The translations under genes were made by a program, and so were the position numbers. A model generated the notes under the pieces. It saw only the letters and a list, made by a program, of their open reading frames with translations, made no database searches and was not told the DNA's origin. Shown here piece by piece: positions 46,962-55,708 of a DNA stretch of 64,000 nt (positions are counted from its first letter, which is position 1; each line of letters opens with the position of its first letter). This DNA is from Alphaproteobacteria bacterium (lineage in GTDB: Bacteria > Pseudomonadota > Alphaproteobacteria > SHVV01): positions 844,595 through 908,594 of the forward strand of contig CBDFHH010000004.1 in the NCBI GenBank assembly GCA_965247665.1, in the 5' to 3' direction.

Positions 46962-49055
46962 CTACAGCTTGATCAGAATGTTGGCGTATTGATCGACCTC
47001 GGCGGTGAGGTCGGGTAGGACGAACGTGGTAGTGTCGGGTTGTTCGATGATGGCGGGCCCCCGGATGACGTTGCCGCTCCGGAGTTTGGCGCGATCATAG
47101 TGCGGCGTCGAGATGGATTTCGGTTTGCCTGTGCCGTCGTCGAAAATCACGTCACGATGCCCGTTCACCGCGTCGGCGTTCGATTCGCCGCCGCCCTGCT
47201 CGAGCAGCTTGGTGCGCAGCTCGGGAATGCGGCCGACGCCCACGACGCGAACATTGACCAGCTCGATGTCTTTCTCGTCGAAACGCTTGCCGTATTCGCG
47301 CTGGTGGACCTGGTGGAAGCCCTCGATCAGCTGTTTGACAAAGCTGTCGTCGATGGGACCGTCCGGCGCGTCGACGCGCAGCTCGTAGCCCTGGCCCTGG
47401 TAGCGGCATTCGGCAATACGGATGAACAACCGATCGGCCGCGCCGATGCGATCCTCTTCCAGCTGCTTGGCGGAGAGGCCCTGGAGATAGGCATAGTCCT
47501 CGTCGATCTTGGCCAGGTCCGGCTTGCTCAGGAGTTGCAGTTGGGTGCGGCTGTGGTCGTAGGACAGGTCGGTAGCCAGCAGGCCGAGGGCCGAGGTCAA
47601 GCCGGGATTGGGCGGCACGATCACCATCGGGATCGTCAGTTCGGCCGCCACCTCGCAGGCCTGCAGCGGACCGGCGCCGCCGAACGCGACCAGCGCAAAC
47701 TCGCGCGGATCGTAACCCTTGCGTACGCTGTTCATCTCGATCGACTGGATCATCCCGTGGTTGAGGATCTTGATACCGCCGAGAGCCGCCTCCTGGACGG
47801 TCATGCCGAGCGGCCGGCACAAATGCTCCTCGATCGCCCGCTTCGATAGATCGGCCCGCAGCTCCATGCGGCCGCCGAGGAAGTTGTCCGGATTGAGGCG
47901 GCCGAGCACGACGTTGCAATCGGTCGAGGTCGGCAGCTCGCCGCCCCGGCCATAGCAGCACGGGCCCGGTACTGCGCCGGCGCTCTTGGGGCCGACCCGG
48001 AAAACGCCACCGCGGTCGACATAGGCGATCGAGCCGCCGCCGGCGCCGATCGTATCAATGTCGACCATCGGCACCATCGCCTGGTAGTCGCCGATCTTGG
48101 TGTCGAGCAGATGTTTCATCGACATCTTGCCGTTCGGCGCAACGCCGATGTCGGCCGAGGTGCCGCCCACGTCGAGCGTGACGATGTTCTTGTAACCGGA
48201 CTGGCTGCTCGCCCAGATACCGCCGATCAGGCCGGCAACCGGACCCGACATCAGCAGCGTGACCGGCCGTTCCACCGCGCCCTGCGGCGTGGCGACGCCG
48301 CCGTTGGTCTGCATCAGGTGCAGCTCGGCGCGGAACTGCTTGTCCTTCATCGCCTGGTCGAGGTTGGTGATGTAGTTGGCTGTCTTGGGTCCGACATATG
48401 AGTTGAGGCAGGTGGTGCTGAAGCGCTCATATTCGCGGTATTGCGGGATCACGCGATGGCTGAGCGACAGATACACGTCGGGCCATTCCTTGCGGACGAT
48501 CTCGCCGGCGCGAATCTCGTGTTCCGGATTGAGAAAGGCGAACATAAAGCACACCGAGATCGCGTCGACATTGGCCTTGCGCAGCTTGCGCACCGCTTCG
48601 ACCACGTCTTCTTCGTTGAGCGGGGTCTGGATCTCTCCGTCGGGAGCGATGATGCGCTCGCGAATCGGCAACCGGTAGCGGCGCCGCACCAACGGGTATT
48701 TCTGCCATGGCAGGTCTTGCTGCAAGCTGAAATTGTAGGGCCGTTTGTGGCGGGCGATGTGCAGGATGTCGCGATAACCCTCGGTGGTGAGCAGGCCGGC
48801 GCGGGCACCGTTGTGCTCGAGAACGATGTTGGTGGCGATCGTGGTGCCGTGAAAGAACTGTTCGACCTCGGCGGGCGACACGCCAGCCATCTTGCACAGC
48901 TCCAGGGCTCCATCCATCGTGCCGATGGACGGATCCTGCGGTGTCGTCGGCACTTTGTTGGTGTGGATCGCGCCCGACGAATCGTCGGTCAGAACCAGAT
49001 CGGTGAACGTTCCCCCGATATCGACGCCTAATCGAATCACGCTCAAGCCCCCCAA
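46962..49055 (-). CDS. hyuA: HyuA (hydantoinase/oxoprolinase A), copy 2.
   Basis: VIRLGVDIGGTFTDLVLTDD...; 697 aa. Directly follows isochorismatase-family gene B (stop at 49056). Confidence 0.9.
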   Translation of the reverse strand: MGGLSVIRLGVDIGGTFTDLVLTDDSSGAIHTNKVPTTPQDPSIGTMDGALELCKMAGVSPAEVEQFFHGTTIATNIVLEHNGARAGLLTTEGYRDILHIARHKRPYNFSLQQDLPWQKYPLVRRRYRLPIRERIIAPDGEIQTPLNEEDVVEAVRKLRKANVDAISVCFMFAFLNPEHEIRAGEIVRKEWPDVYLSLSHRVIPQYREYERFSTTCLNSYVGPKTANYITNLDQAMKDKQFRAELHLMQTNGGVATPQGAVERPVTLLMSGPVAGLIGGIWASSQSGYKNIVTLDVGGTSADIGVAPNGKMSMKHLLDTKIGDYQAMVPMVDIDTIGAGGGSIAYVDRGGVFRVGPKSAGAVPGPCCYGRGGELPTSTDCNVVLGRLNPDNFLGGRMELRADLSKRAIEEHLCRPLGMTVQEAALGGIKILNHGMIQSIEMNSVRKGYDPREFALVAFGGAGPLQACEVAAELTIPMVIVPPNPGLTSALGLLATDLSYDHSRTQLQLLSKPDLAKIDEDYAYLQGLSAKQLEEDRIGAADRLFIRIAECRYQGQGYELRVDAPDGPIDDSFVKQLIEGFHQVHQREYGKRFDEKDIELVNVRVVGVGRIPELRTKLLEQGGGESNADAVNGHRDVIFDDGTGKPKSISTPHYDRAKLRSGNVIRGPAIIEQPDTTTFVLPDLTAEVDQYANILIKL

Positions 49056-49787
49056 TCACAATTCCGACGATGCGCCGACCGGCTTATCCTCGAACGACGC
49101 CGACGGGTCGTTGCGCAGTTCGAGCCCGTCGAGGTAGCTCAGCACCTTTTCCAACGGCTCGACGTCGCCGAACTTGGCATCGATGTCGAACAGGTTCCAC
49201 TCGGTTACCCCGGGCACGCGATCGCCACACGCTTCACGCACCAAGATTGGGCGGAAGCCCTCGGCGATGGCGTCCTCGGTGGTGTGGCGCACGCAGCCGG
49301 CCATAGTCACGCCGGTGAGAATCACGGTGTCGACTCCGGCCGCCTTCAAGAAGCTGGAGAGAAAAGTACCGTGGAAGGCGCTGGCGCGTTTCTTGACGAT
49401 CACGTGCTCGCCGGGCTCCGGGGCGATGCGGTCGTCGATCTGCGCCTCCCAGGTGCCGGCCTTGAGCAGCTCAGCCGGTATCTTGTGGTGCCACAGGCCC
49501 ATGTCGGTGTTGTGGCCGTCGGTGTTCTCATAGGCGGTCGAGGTGAACACGATCGGGATGCGCTTGGCGCGTGCCGCAACCAGCAGCTTCTGGGTGGCGG
49601 GGATGATCACGTCCATGTTCTCGCAGGAAAACGCGTTGCCGGGCCGGGTCCAGGCGTTGGCCAGGTCGATGTTGACCAGCCCCGGACGGACCCCGAAACC
49701 GATGCGGCGCTGGAAACCACGGCCCCGATAAATCTCCGAATCCGCTGCGAAGATCTTGTCCAGAGCTTCGCGAATATCGTCTGCCAT
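49056..49787 (-). CDS. Isochorismatase-family cysteine hydrolase (CSHase-like), copy B; clear paralog of copy A.
   Basis: GLVNIDLANAW..., IPIVFTSTAYEN, catalytic Cys context ILTGVTMAGCVRHTTEDA. Collinear with copy A along its whole length. Confidence 0.85.
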   Translation of the reverse strand: MADDIREALDKIFAADSEIYRGRGFQRRIGFGVRPGLVNIDLANAWTRPGNAFSCENMDVIIPATQKLLVAARAKRIPIVFTSTAYENTDGHNTDMGLWHHKIPAELLKAGTWEAQIDDRIAPEPGEHVIVKKRASAFHGTFLSSFLKAAGVDTVILTGVTMAGCVRHTTEDAIAEGFRPILVREACGDRVPGVTEWNLFDIDAKFGDVEPLEKVLSYLDGLELRNDPSASFEDKPVGASSEL

Positions 49788-49820
49788 CTAACTACCACCC
49801 GCGATCAAGAAACCGGGTTG

Positions 49821-50519
49821 CTACTCCGCGGCGGCGGCGCGCCGGTTTGGTTTGTGGGCTTCGAGCTCTGCAATCACTTCATCGCACGACATCACCCGGC
49901 CCCACAGGCGCCGAAAGGTATCGTGATAGGCCTCCTGCATTGCGTCGCTGCAGGTGCCGGTGGCGTCGGAAACGATGACGGTGCCGTAGCAGCGATCGCT
50001 CGCTTCCTGGGCGGTCATTCCGACGCAGTTGTTGGTCGAGACGCCGGTGCATACGAGCTCGGTGATGCCGGCGGCCCTGAGCGTAGCCTCGATACCGCTC
50101 GAACCGAACGCCCCCATGGTGGTCTTGTTGATGACCAACTCGCCCGGCTCGGGCTTGAGCTCGTCGACGATTTCGTGCTCGCGAGTGCCTTCGTGATTGT
50201 TGGTTGCCTGGAAGAAGCCCTTCAGGTGGGCCGGCGCGTCGCTGTAGTCGGACCTGGTCGGACCCAGGGTGACGTAAACCACGCGCGCCTCGTTGGCCCG
50301 GAATGCCCGCAGCAGGCGTTGAATGTTGGGAATCAGCAGATTGTCGATGCGGTCAAAGCGGTACGACGCCTCGTCGAGCCGCCCCTGTTCGGCCAGAAGC
50401 TTGCCAAGACCTTGGTACCGGCTGCCGCTGGCATACTGCATGTCGATCACCAGCAGTGCGGCGGTTTCCGGCGACAGAGTGAAGGGGCGGGTGAACTCGT
50501 CGACATACGTGGCGGCCAT
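49821..50519 (-). CDS. Isochorismatase-family hydrolase, copy C (more divergent).
   Basis: Start at the ATG at 50519 with RBS AGGAGAAGG (MAATYVDEFTRPFTLSPETAALLVIDMQYA...). Catalytic context LVCTGVSTNNCVGMTAQEA. Confidence 0.8.
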   Translation of the reverse strand: MAATYVDEFTRPFTLSPETAALLVIDMQYASGSRYQGLGKLLAEQGRLDEASYRFDRIDNLLIPNIQRLLRAFRANEARVVYVTLGPTRSDYSDAPAHLKGFFQATNNHEGTREHEIVDELKPEPGELVINKTTMGAFGSSGIEATLRAAGITELVCTGVSTNNCVGMTAQEASDRCYGTVIVSDATGTCSDAMQEAYHDTFRRLWGRVMSCDEVIAELEAHKPNRRAAAAE

Positions 50520-51336
50520 TCGCCTTCTCCTGTTGTGGGGTTCCGACTCTGCCAAGAGCGGGACGCTGAAACAACCGATAAGGCCGCTTCGAAGCGAGCT
50601 TTTTCCGGGCTGGGCTGGTGGTCGAGGAAACCGGCAATCCCTCGATTTCGCGCAACAGTTTGCGCAGCACCACGCGCGGGAACGCAGCGTAGTCGTTGGC
50701 GACCTCGACGAAAGCGTTGGCGCCGCCGATCACGTTGTCGCGAAAGTGGGATTCCAGGGTCAATTCGCCGCTGAGGATGGCCAGCGCATTGATAGTGATA
50801 TTGTTAAGGGTCACGAGGTCGCGCGCGCGCTTGGCCCCGAACCCGTCATTGTCGCTGCCGTCGCCGGAGAGGTCGATGATGCGGCGCGGCGCGGCGATGT
50901 CGTTCTCGATCAACGACTTGGCGGCAAACAGCAGCGCGTTGCCGATGGCGGTCTTGCCCGAGCTGGTGCGTGGCGCGGCCAGGATCGCGGTAGCGAAGGC
51001 TTCGGCTTCGGCGTCGGTGCGGATGATGTGCCAGTCGACCACGGTTGATTGCTCGTGGGCGCTCGACCACAGGATCAGGCTGACGGCGATGCCGCGCTCG
51101 CCGATTGCGCGAATAGCCCCGAGCAGCTCGGGGCTGCGGAACGCGTCGGCGTAGCCGTGGGTCTGCATGTAGTACTCCCAGCCGCCGACGCTGGCCGAGG
51201 AATCGAGCGCCAGCACCAGCTCCAGGTCGACGGTTTCGGGTCGTGCGGGCGCGGTTTGCAGCGCCAGCGCGGCGGCGAAGGCGAGGCCGAGAGCCGGCCG
51301 CGCCGGGGATCTCGGTAAATACCGCAATCTCACCAA
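50353..51336 (-). CDS. DUF1194 (vWA-like) secreted protein. The 3' end is uncertain: the ORF runs ~165 bp into the isochorismatase-C gene.
   Basis: Signal peptide LVRLRYLPRSPARPALGLAFAAALALQTAPA followed by ETVDLELVLALDSSASVGGWEY... (DUF1194/vWA pattern) for ~240 aa. The last ~85 codons look non-protein-like and overlap the neighbouring gene. Non-ATG (TTG/GTG) start. Confidence 0.5.
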   Translation of the reverse strand: MVRLRYLPRSPARPALGLAFAAALALQTAPARPETVDLELVLALDSSASVGGWEYYMQTHGYADAFRSPELLGAIRAIGERGIAVSLILWSSAHEQSTVVDWHIIRTDAEAEAFATAILAAPRTSSGKTAIGNALLFAAKSLIENDIAAPRRIIDLSGDGSDNDGFGAKRARDLVTLNNITINALAILSGELTLESHFRDNVIGGANAFVEVANDYAAFPRVVLRKLLREIEGLPVSSTTSPARKKLASKRPYRLFQRPALGRVGTPQQEKANGRHVCRRVHPPLHSVAGNRRTAGDRHAVCQRQPVPRSWQASGRTGAARRGVVPL

Positions 51337-51384
51337 CCCGGACTATGATGCAGCAGCAGTTTTACCAGTAAGTGGGAGGTCGCA

Positions 51385-52620
51385 GTGCAAAACATTCGCG
51401 TGAACGGTCAGCGGCTCTATGACAGCCTGATGGAGATGGCCGAGATCGGCGCGACCGAGAAGGGCGGGGTGTGTCGTCTGGCCCTGACCGACATCGACAA
51501 ACAGGCACGCGACCTGTTTGTTAAATGGTGCGAGGAGGCGGGCTGCACGGTCGGCATCGACAAGATGGGCAACATCTTCGCCCGCCGTCCCGGCAAGGAT
51601 GATTCGCTGCCGCCGGTGATGACCGGCAGCCATATCGACAGCCAGCCGACGGGCGGCAAGTTCGACGGCATCTACGGCGTGCTCGCCGGACTCGAGGTGA
51701 TCCGCACGCTCAACGATCTGGACTACGAGACCAACGCGCCGATCGAGATTTCGGCGTGGACCAACGAGGAGGGATCGCGCTTCGCGCCGGCAATGGTGGC
51801 ATCGGGCGTGTTCGGCGGCGTGTTCGACCTCGAATACGGTTTGGCCTGCCGGGACCGCGACGGCAAGACTATCGGCGAGGAGCTCAAGCGCATCGGCTAT
51901 GCTGGCGATATGGAGTGCGGCGGCCGCGAGGTCGACGCGTTCTTCGAAACCCACATCGAACAGGGCCCGATCCTCGAAGCCGACAACAACACCATCGGCG
52001 TGGTGCAGGGGGTGCAGGGCATTCGCTGGTACGAGATCGAGGTTACCGGCATGGAGTCGCATGCCGGAACCACGCCGATGGAACGTCGCAAGGATGCGTT
52101 GGCGAGTGCGTCGATGATGGTGGCCGAGATCATTCGCCGCGGCGAGGCTGTGACGAATGCCCGCACGACGATCGGCATGATGGAGGTCAGCCCGAACTCG
52201 CGCAACGTGATCCCGGGTCATGTCTTCTTCTCTCTGGATTTGCGTCATCCCGACGCCGACACCTTGGCCAAGCTCGGCCGGGAGTTGCAGGAACTGTGCG
52301 AACGGATCGCATCGGAGAGGAGCTGCGAGCTCAAATTCGACGAGATCTGGTACTCGCCGCCGGTGAAGTTCAACGCGGACTGTATCGGCGCGGTGCAGGA
52401 GGCGGCCGATTCCCTGGAACTCGCCAATCAACCGATCACGTCCGGCGCCGGCCACGACGCGGTCTATGTTTCCAAAGTCGCGCCGACGGCGATGATCTTC
52501 ATTCCCTGCAAGGACGGGATCAGCCACAACGAGATCGAGGACGCTACCCAGGAACACCTCACCGCCGGCTGCGACGTGCTGCTCAACGCGATGGTCGCGC
52601 GCGCCAACGCGGAGGGGTGA
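51385..52620 (+). CDS. M20-family Zn-dependent amidohydrolase of the N-carbamoyl-L-amino-acid hydrolase / allantoate amidohydrolase / beta-ureidopropionase (AmaB) clade.
   Basis: GTG at 51385 with RBS GGGAGGT. Motifs GSHIDSQPTGGKFDG, EEGSRF, HAGTTPMERRKDA, SGAGHDA; 411 aa. Confidence 0.9.
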   Translation: MQNIRVNGQRLYDSLMEMAEIGATEKGGVCRLALTDIDKQARDLFVKWCEEAGCTVGIDKMGNIFARRPGKDDSLPPVMTGSHIDSQPTGGKFDGIYGVLAGLEVIRTLNDLDYETNAPIEISAWTNEEGSRFAPAMVASGVFGGVFDLEYGLACRDRDGKTIGEELKRIGYAGDMECGGREVDAFFETHIEQGPILEADNNTIGVVQGVQGIRWYEIEVTGMESHAGTTPMERRKDALASASMMVAEIIRRGEAVTNARTTIGMMEVSPNSRNVIPGHVFFSLDLRHPDADTLAKLGRELQELCERIASERSCELKFDEIWYSPPVKFNADCIGAVQEAADSLELANQPITSGAGHDAVYVSKVAPTAMIFIPCKDGISHNEIEDATQEHLTAGCDVLLNAMVARANAEG

Positions 52621-52972
52621 GGGCGGCGCCCAACGCTGGAGCGATACGAAAACCGGTCGGCCCCGGAACCCCGCCATATTCGTCGGACGCGGGTCTCGCT
52701 CGGGCCATGGCGGCCGTGGACGGCGTGCCGGCCAGGCGGCCAGGACCGCCTGCGTCCCGGTCTCGGCGGCGGTGATCGCCCGCCTGTCGGCCGTGCTGTT
52801 GCGGGCCACGATCGTCCCCTGCCGACAACCGCGGAGCACCTGGGGGTTGCCGCGCTCGCGCTGATCGCGGCGGGGGGACCGCGCGCCGATCCTCGGGGTG
52901 CGGCGTTTTAGCGCTGGCGCCGCGCGGTCGACCCGTCTTAACCTGTCGGGCCATGACCGTTCCGAGAAGACG

Positions 52973-55708
52973 ATGACCGCCGAGAACGTCAAACAAGTCC
53001 CGGTTTATTGCTACCAGTGCGTTGCCGGCCCCGACCTGCTCAAGGTCGAGGTGGCGGACGGCGTCGCCACCCGGGTCGAGTCCAACTACGACATCGCCGA
53101 AGAACATCCCGGTGGCGGCCGGATCTGCGTCAAGGCCTATGGGCTGGTGCAGAAGACCTACAATCCCAACCGCATTCAGCAGCCGATGAAGCGTACCAAC
53201 CCCAACAAAGGGAGGGGCGAGGACCCCGGCTTCGTACCGATCTCGTGGGACCAGGCGCTGGATATCGTCGCCGGCAAGCTGCGGGAAATTTGCGAAAAGG
53301 GCTTGCTTGACGAATCCGGCTATCCCCGCGTGGCGGCGAGTTTCGGCGGCGGCGGCACGCCGACCCAGTATATGGGCACGTTCCCGGCGTTTCTTTCGGC
53401 CTGGGGTCCGATGGATCTGGGCTACGGATCGGGGCAGGGCATGAAGTGCTATCACTCCGAGCACCTCTATGGCGAACTGTGGCACCGCGCCTTCATCGTA
53501 TCGCCCGACACGCCGCGCACCGAGTATGTGATCTCGTGCGGCCACAACGTCGAAGCCTCGGGTGGCGTCGCCGGAGTGTGGCGCCAAGCCGACGCCCGCA
53601 CGCGCGGACTGAAGCGGGTGCAGGTCGAGCCGCATCTATCGATCACCGGCGCGATGTCGGCGGAATGGGTGCCGATCAAACCCAAGACCGACGCCGCGTT
53701 TCTCTACGCGGTCATCCACAGCATCCTGCACGAGCATGACTGGCGCAGCGTTTGCGACGTGCCGTTCCTGGCCGACGACACCAACGCGCCCTACCTGGTC
53801 GGGCCCAACGGCTACTACCTACGCGACCGTGAAACCCGCAAACCCCTGATCTTTGATCTTGCCGACAATACGGCCAAGCCGTACACCGCCGAGATCGTGC
53901 AGCCCGCCCTCGACGGCGCCTACACGGTCAGCGGGGTCGAGGTCGGCGCCGACGACGAGCTGTGGGAGCATGACGGCGTCGGAGCCAAACCGTCGTTTCA
54001 GCTGCTCATCGAGCACATGGCGGACTATACGCCTGATTGGGCCGCGGCCGAATGCGACATTCCCGCCGACCGCATCCGTCGCATCGCCGCGGAGTATCTC
54101 GCCCACGCCCATATCGGCGAGACCATCGACATCGAGGGCCGCACCCTGCCGTACCGACCGGTGGCGGTAATGCTCGGCAAAACCGTCAACAATGGCTGGG
54201 GCGGCTACGAGTGTTGCTGGGCGCGCACGCTGCTGGCCTGCTTGGTCGGCGCACTCGAAGTGCCCGGCGGCCTGCTTGGTACCAACGTCAAGCTGGTGCG
54301 GCCGGCCGACGACCGCCTGAAGTCGGTGCAGCCCGACGCCGACGGACTGATGGTGCACCCCTTCAACGAAACCTCGAAGGAGGGCTGGCAGCGCGATCCA
54401 CACATCCGCAACGCGTACCGCACGCTGGTACCGCTTGCCGCCGACTCGCCCTGGTCTCCGGCGCTGGGCCCGGCCCACCTACCGTGGCTGTTCCAGAAGG
54501 AACCGCCGGACAACTGGCCCGCGCCGACCAAGCCCGAGATCTGGTTCTGCTACCGCACCAATCCCGCGATCTCGCAGCTCGCCGCGCCGCAAGTCGCGGA
54601 GCGGGTAGCGGAGTTCCCGTTCGTCGTCGCATTTGCCTACACCCACGACGAAACCAACCATATGGCCGATATCCTGCTGCCGGAGGCGACCGATCTCGAA
54701 GGGCTGCAGCTGATCAAGATCGGCGGTACCAAGTTCATAGAGTATTTCTGGCGCCACCACGGTTGGGCGATTCGCCAGCCGGTCGCCGATCCGGTGGGCG
54801 ACTGCAAGGACATGACCGACATCGCCACGGAGCTGGCGGCGAGGGTCGGCCTGCTTGGGGAATACAACGAGGCGATCAACCGAGGTGCCGCCGGCATGAA
54901 GCTTGCGGGCGAGGGTTTCGACTACGCGCTCGAGCCCAATGTGCAGCACGGTTGCGAGGAAATCTGGGATCGCGTGTGCAAGGCGGCGAGCCACGAACTC
55001 AGCGACGGCGCCGAGGTGCACGATCTCGCCTGGTTCAAAGAAAACGGCTACATGCTGGCGCCGCAGGACGAGCTGTCCTGGTTCCTGTACCCCAAGGTTA
55101 AGGAGCAGGGCGTGCGCTTCGAGCTGCCCTACCAGGAGCGCATCAAGCGGCACGGCACCCAGCTCGCGCGCAGGCTGCATGAAATTGGCGTCAACTGGTG
55201 GGATAAGCAGCTAGAGGAATATCAGCCGCTGCCGCCCTACAAACAGTTCCCGGATATCTGGGTCAACTATGCGCGCGAGGTCGGGCGCGACCCCGAAGAG
55301 TTTCCGTTCTGGGCCCTGACCACGCGCAGCATGCAATACTCGTGGGGTGCCAACGTCGCCATCCCGGTGATCAACGAGGTCGCCAAGAACGTCGCCGGCC
55401 ACCGCGGCATCATTCTTAACCGCCAAGCAGCGCGCGATCGCGGCATCGACGACGGTGATCTGATCACGGTCGAATCGGTAGCGGGCACGACCAGGGGCCG
55501 CGCGGTGCTGCGCGAGGGCATCCGGCCGGATACCATTCTGATGATCGGCCAGTTCGACCACTGGGCGACGCCGATAGCCAAGGATCTCGAGCTCGGCAGC
55601 CTCAACTCGCTCACCTCGATAGCACTGTCGTTGACCGACGCTACCGGCAGCGGCTCCGACATCGCGCGGGTGAGAATCTCCAAGGCCGGCGGCGGCACTG
55701 CGGCATGA
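52973..55708 (+). CDS. Molybdopterin (bis-MGD) oxidoreductase catalytic subunit, DMSO-reductase superfamily. No twin-arginine signal.
   Basis: Start at the ATG at 52973 (MTAENVKQVPVYCYQCVAGPD...; Cys-rich N-terminal FeS-type motif). 911 aa with MopB and C-terminal molybdopterin-binding architecture. The upstream 25 codons of the track ORF were rejected. Confidence 0.8.
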   Translation: MTAENVKQVPVYCYQCVAGPDLLKVEVADGVATRVESNYDIAEEHPGGGRICVKAYGLVQKTYNPNRIQQPMKRTNPNKGRGEDPGFVPISWDQALDIVAGKLREICEKGLLDESGYPRVAASFGGGGTPTQYMGTFPAFLSAWGPMDLGYGSGQGMKCYHSEHLYGELWHRAFIVSPDTPRTEYVISCGHNVEASGGVAGVWRQADARTRGLKRVQVEPHLSITGAMSAEWVPIKPKTDAAFLYAVIHSILHEHDWRSVCDVPFLADDTNAPYLVGPNGYYLRDRETRKPLIFDLADNTAKPYTAEIVQPALDGAYTVSGVEVGADDELWEHDGVGAKPSFQLLIEHMADYTPDWAAAECDIPADRIRRIAAEYLAHAHIGETIDIEGRTLPYRPVAVMLGKTVNNGWGGYECCWARTLLACLVGALEVPGGLLGTNVKLVRPADDRLKSVQPDADGLMVHPFNETSKEGWQRDPHIRNAYRTLVPLAADSPWSPALGPAHLPWLFQKEPPDNWPAPTKPEIWFCYRTNPAISQLAAPQVAERVAEFPFVVAFAYTHDETNHMADILLPEATDLEGLQLIKIGGTKFIEYFWRHHGWAIRQPVADPVGDCKDMTDIATELAARVGLLGEYNEAINRGAAGMKLAGEGFDYALEPNVQHGCEEIWDRVCKAASHELSDGAEVHDLAWFKENGYMLAPQDELSWFLYPKVKEQGVRFELPYQERIKRHGTQLARRLHEIGVNWWDKQLEEYQPLPPYKQFPDIWVNYAREVGRDPEEFPFWALTTRSMQYSWGANVAIPVINEVAKNVAGHRGIILNRQAARDRGIDDGDLITVESVAGTTRGRAVLREGIRPDTILMIGQFDHWATPIAKDLELGSLNSLTSIALSLTDATGSGSDIARVRISKAGGGTAA

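Noticed and set aside
51343-52992. 549-aa minus-strand ORF, and 52583-53635 minus ORF
   Set aside because: Antisense to the M20 carbamoylase and to the Mo-oxidoreductase start region respectively; no domain signatures.
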